A DNA stretch of 64,000 bases, taken from positions 9,796,001 through 9,860,000 of the forward strand of contig NC_135260.1 in NCBI RefSeq assembly GCF_964204865.1. Direction: 5' to 3'. The notes beneath the pieces were generated by a model. The model was not told the DNA's origin. It ran no database searches and was given only the letters and a program-made list of their open reading frames with translations. The position numbers were made by a program, and so were the translations under genes. The stretch comes from Styela clava (lineage: Eukaryota). Positions 63,263 through 64,000 of this stretch are shown here, piece after piece (position 1 is the first letter of the stretch; the number at the start of each line of letters is the position of its first letter).

Positions 63263-64000
63263 TAATTACATTTGGGAATATTCTCCAATGGACCTTTCCC
63301 GAACTTTGACCTCCATAAAAATTTTCTATACTTCACTATTGCAAAATTTTCGGGGCTTATTTTAAGAGTGGTTTCACGAGTTGGCGCCTGTAAAATGGGG
63401 TATGAGTTTCAAACCATCATTATAATTTATTGCATACAACAATCTGTTTTTTTAAAGTACCGGTAAAGAATTTTAGCCCAGTCTATCACAGCTATTTCTA
63501 CACAGATTCTTTATTACTGCAATTAAATTAAAACTCCTATGAAGACAGAGTAATCATTGAATTATCTGATTTATATTTAAATTTCCGAAACACAACTGAA
63601 AACTAACGAATAGAGTTCGAAAACGAAGTAATGATTACGACCACGCCTGAAAATCTGTCTGAGCGAGAAAAGTGTCTGAGCGGATGCGAAATGGGAGCAT
63701 TGTGACGTCACTTTTTGCATCTTGTTGATTGGCCAGTGTCACGAAGTAAACAAGGAAGTCGATGCTCGGGGAAAGGTCCATGCCATTCACTACGGTACTT
63801 GAAGTTGCCATGTAGCAATGAAAAGGATGGCGTCATGGAAATATTCAAAACCATTAAATAGTCGTGGTGTACAGTGTGTAGCCATCTTTGCGAAAACAAA
63901 ATGATGAATTACAGAAAGGAACTTTCAGGGTCAGAGGTCGGTTAAACATCTATTTCTTGAATAGTGCCTACCAAAGTAAACAAAGCATTGATTTTTATTT

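Overview
AT-rich, intron-containing invertebrate animal genomic DNA; the gene compaction and intron sizes suggest a tunicate/ascidian (inference). Left to right: the 3' end of an unidentified coiled-coil gene (+); a belt of decaying genes (an unknown multi-exon gene, a SOCS-box remnant, a CMSS1 5' fragment); an 18-exon CCDC81 (+); and a minus-strand unit in which five-exon PCNP carries an intronless ERCC1 inside intron 3 on the same strand and an intronless exportin-5 only 79 nt after its stop codon (operon-like). Next come a 5'-truncated L1/Tx1 LINE, hnRNP R/Q (SYNCRIP-like, -) hosting three copies of a double-guide box C/D snoRNA against 28S rRNA, and a nest of DNA transposons including an intact hAT element with perfect TIRs and TSD. 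Introns hold many MITEs, SINEs and one Helentron-type element. Exon boundaries were derived by hand from GT/AG signals and reading-frame continuity.
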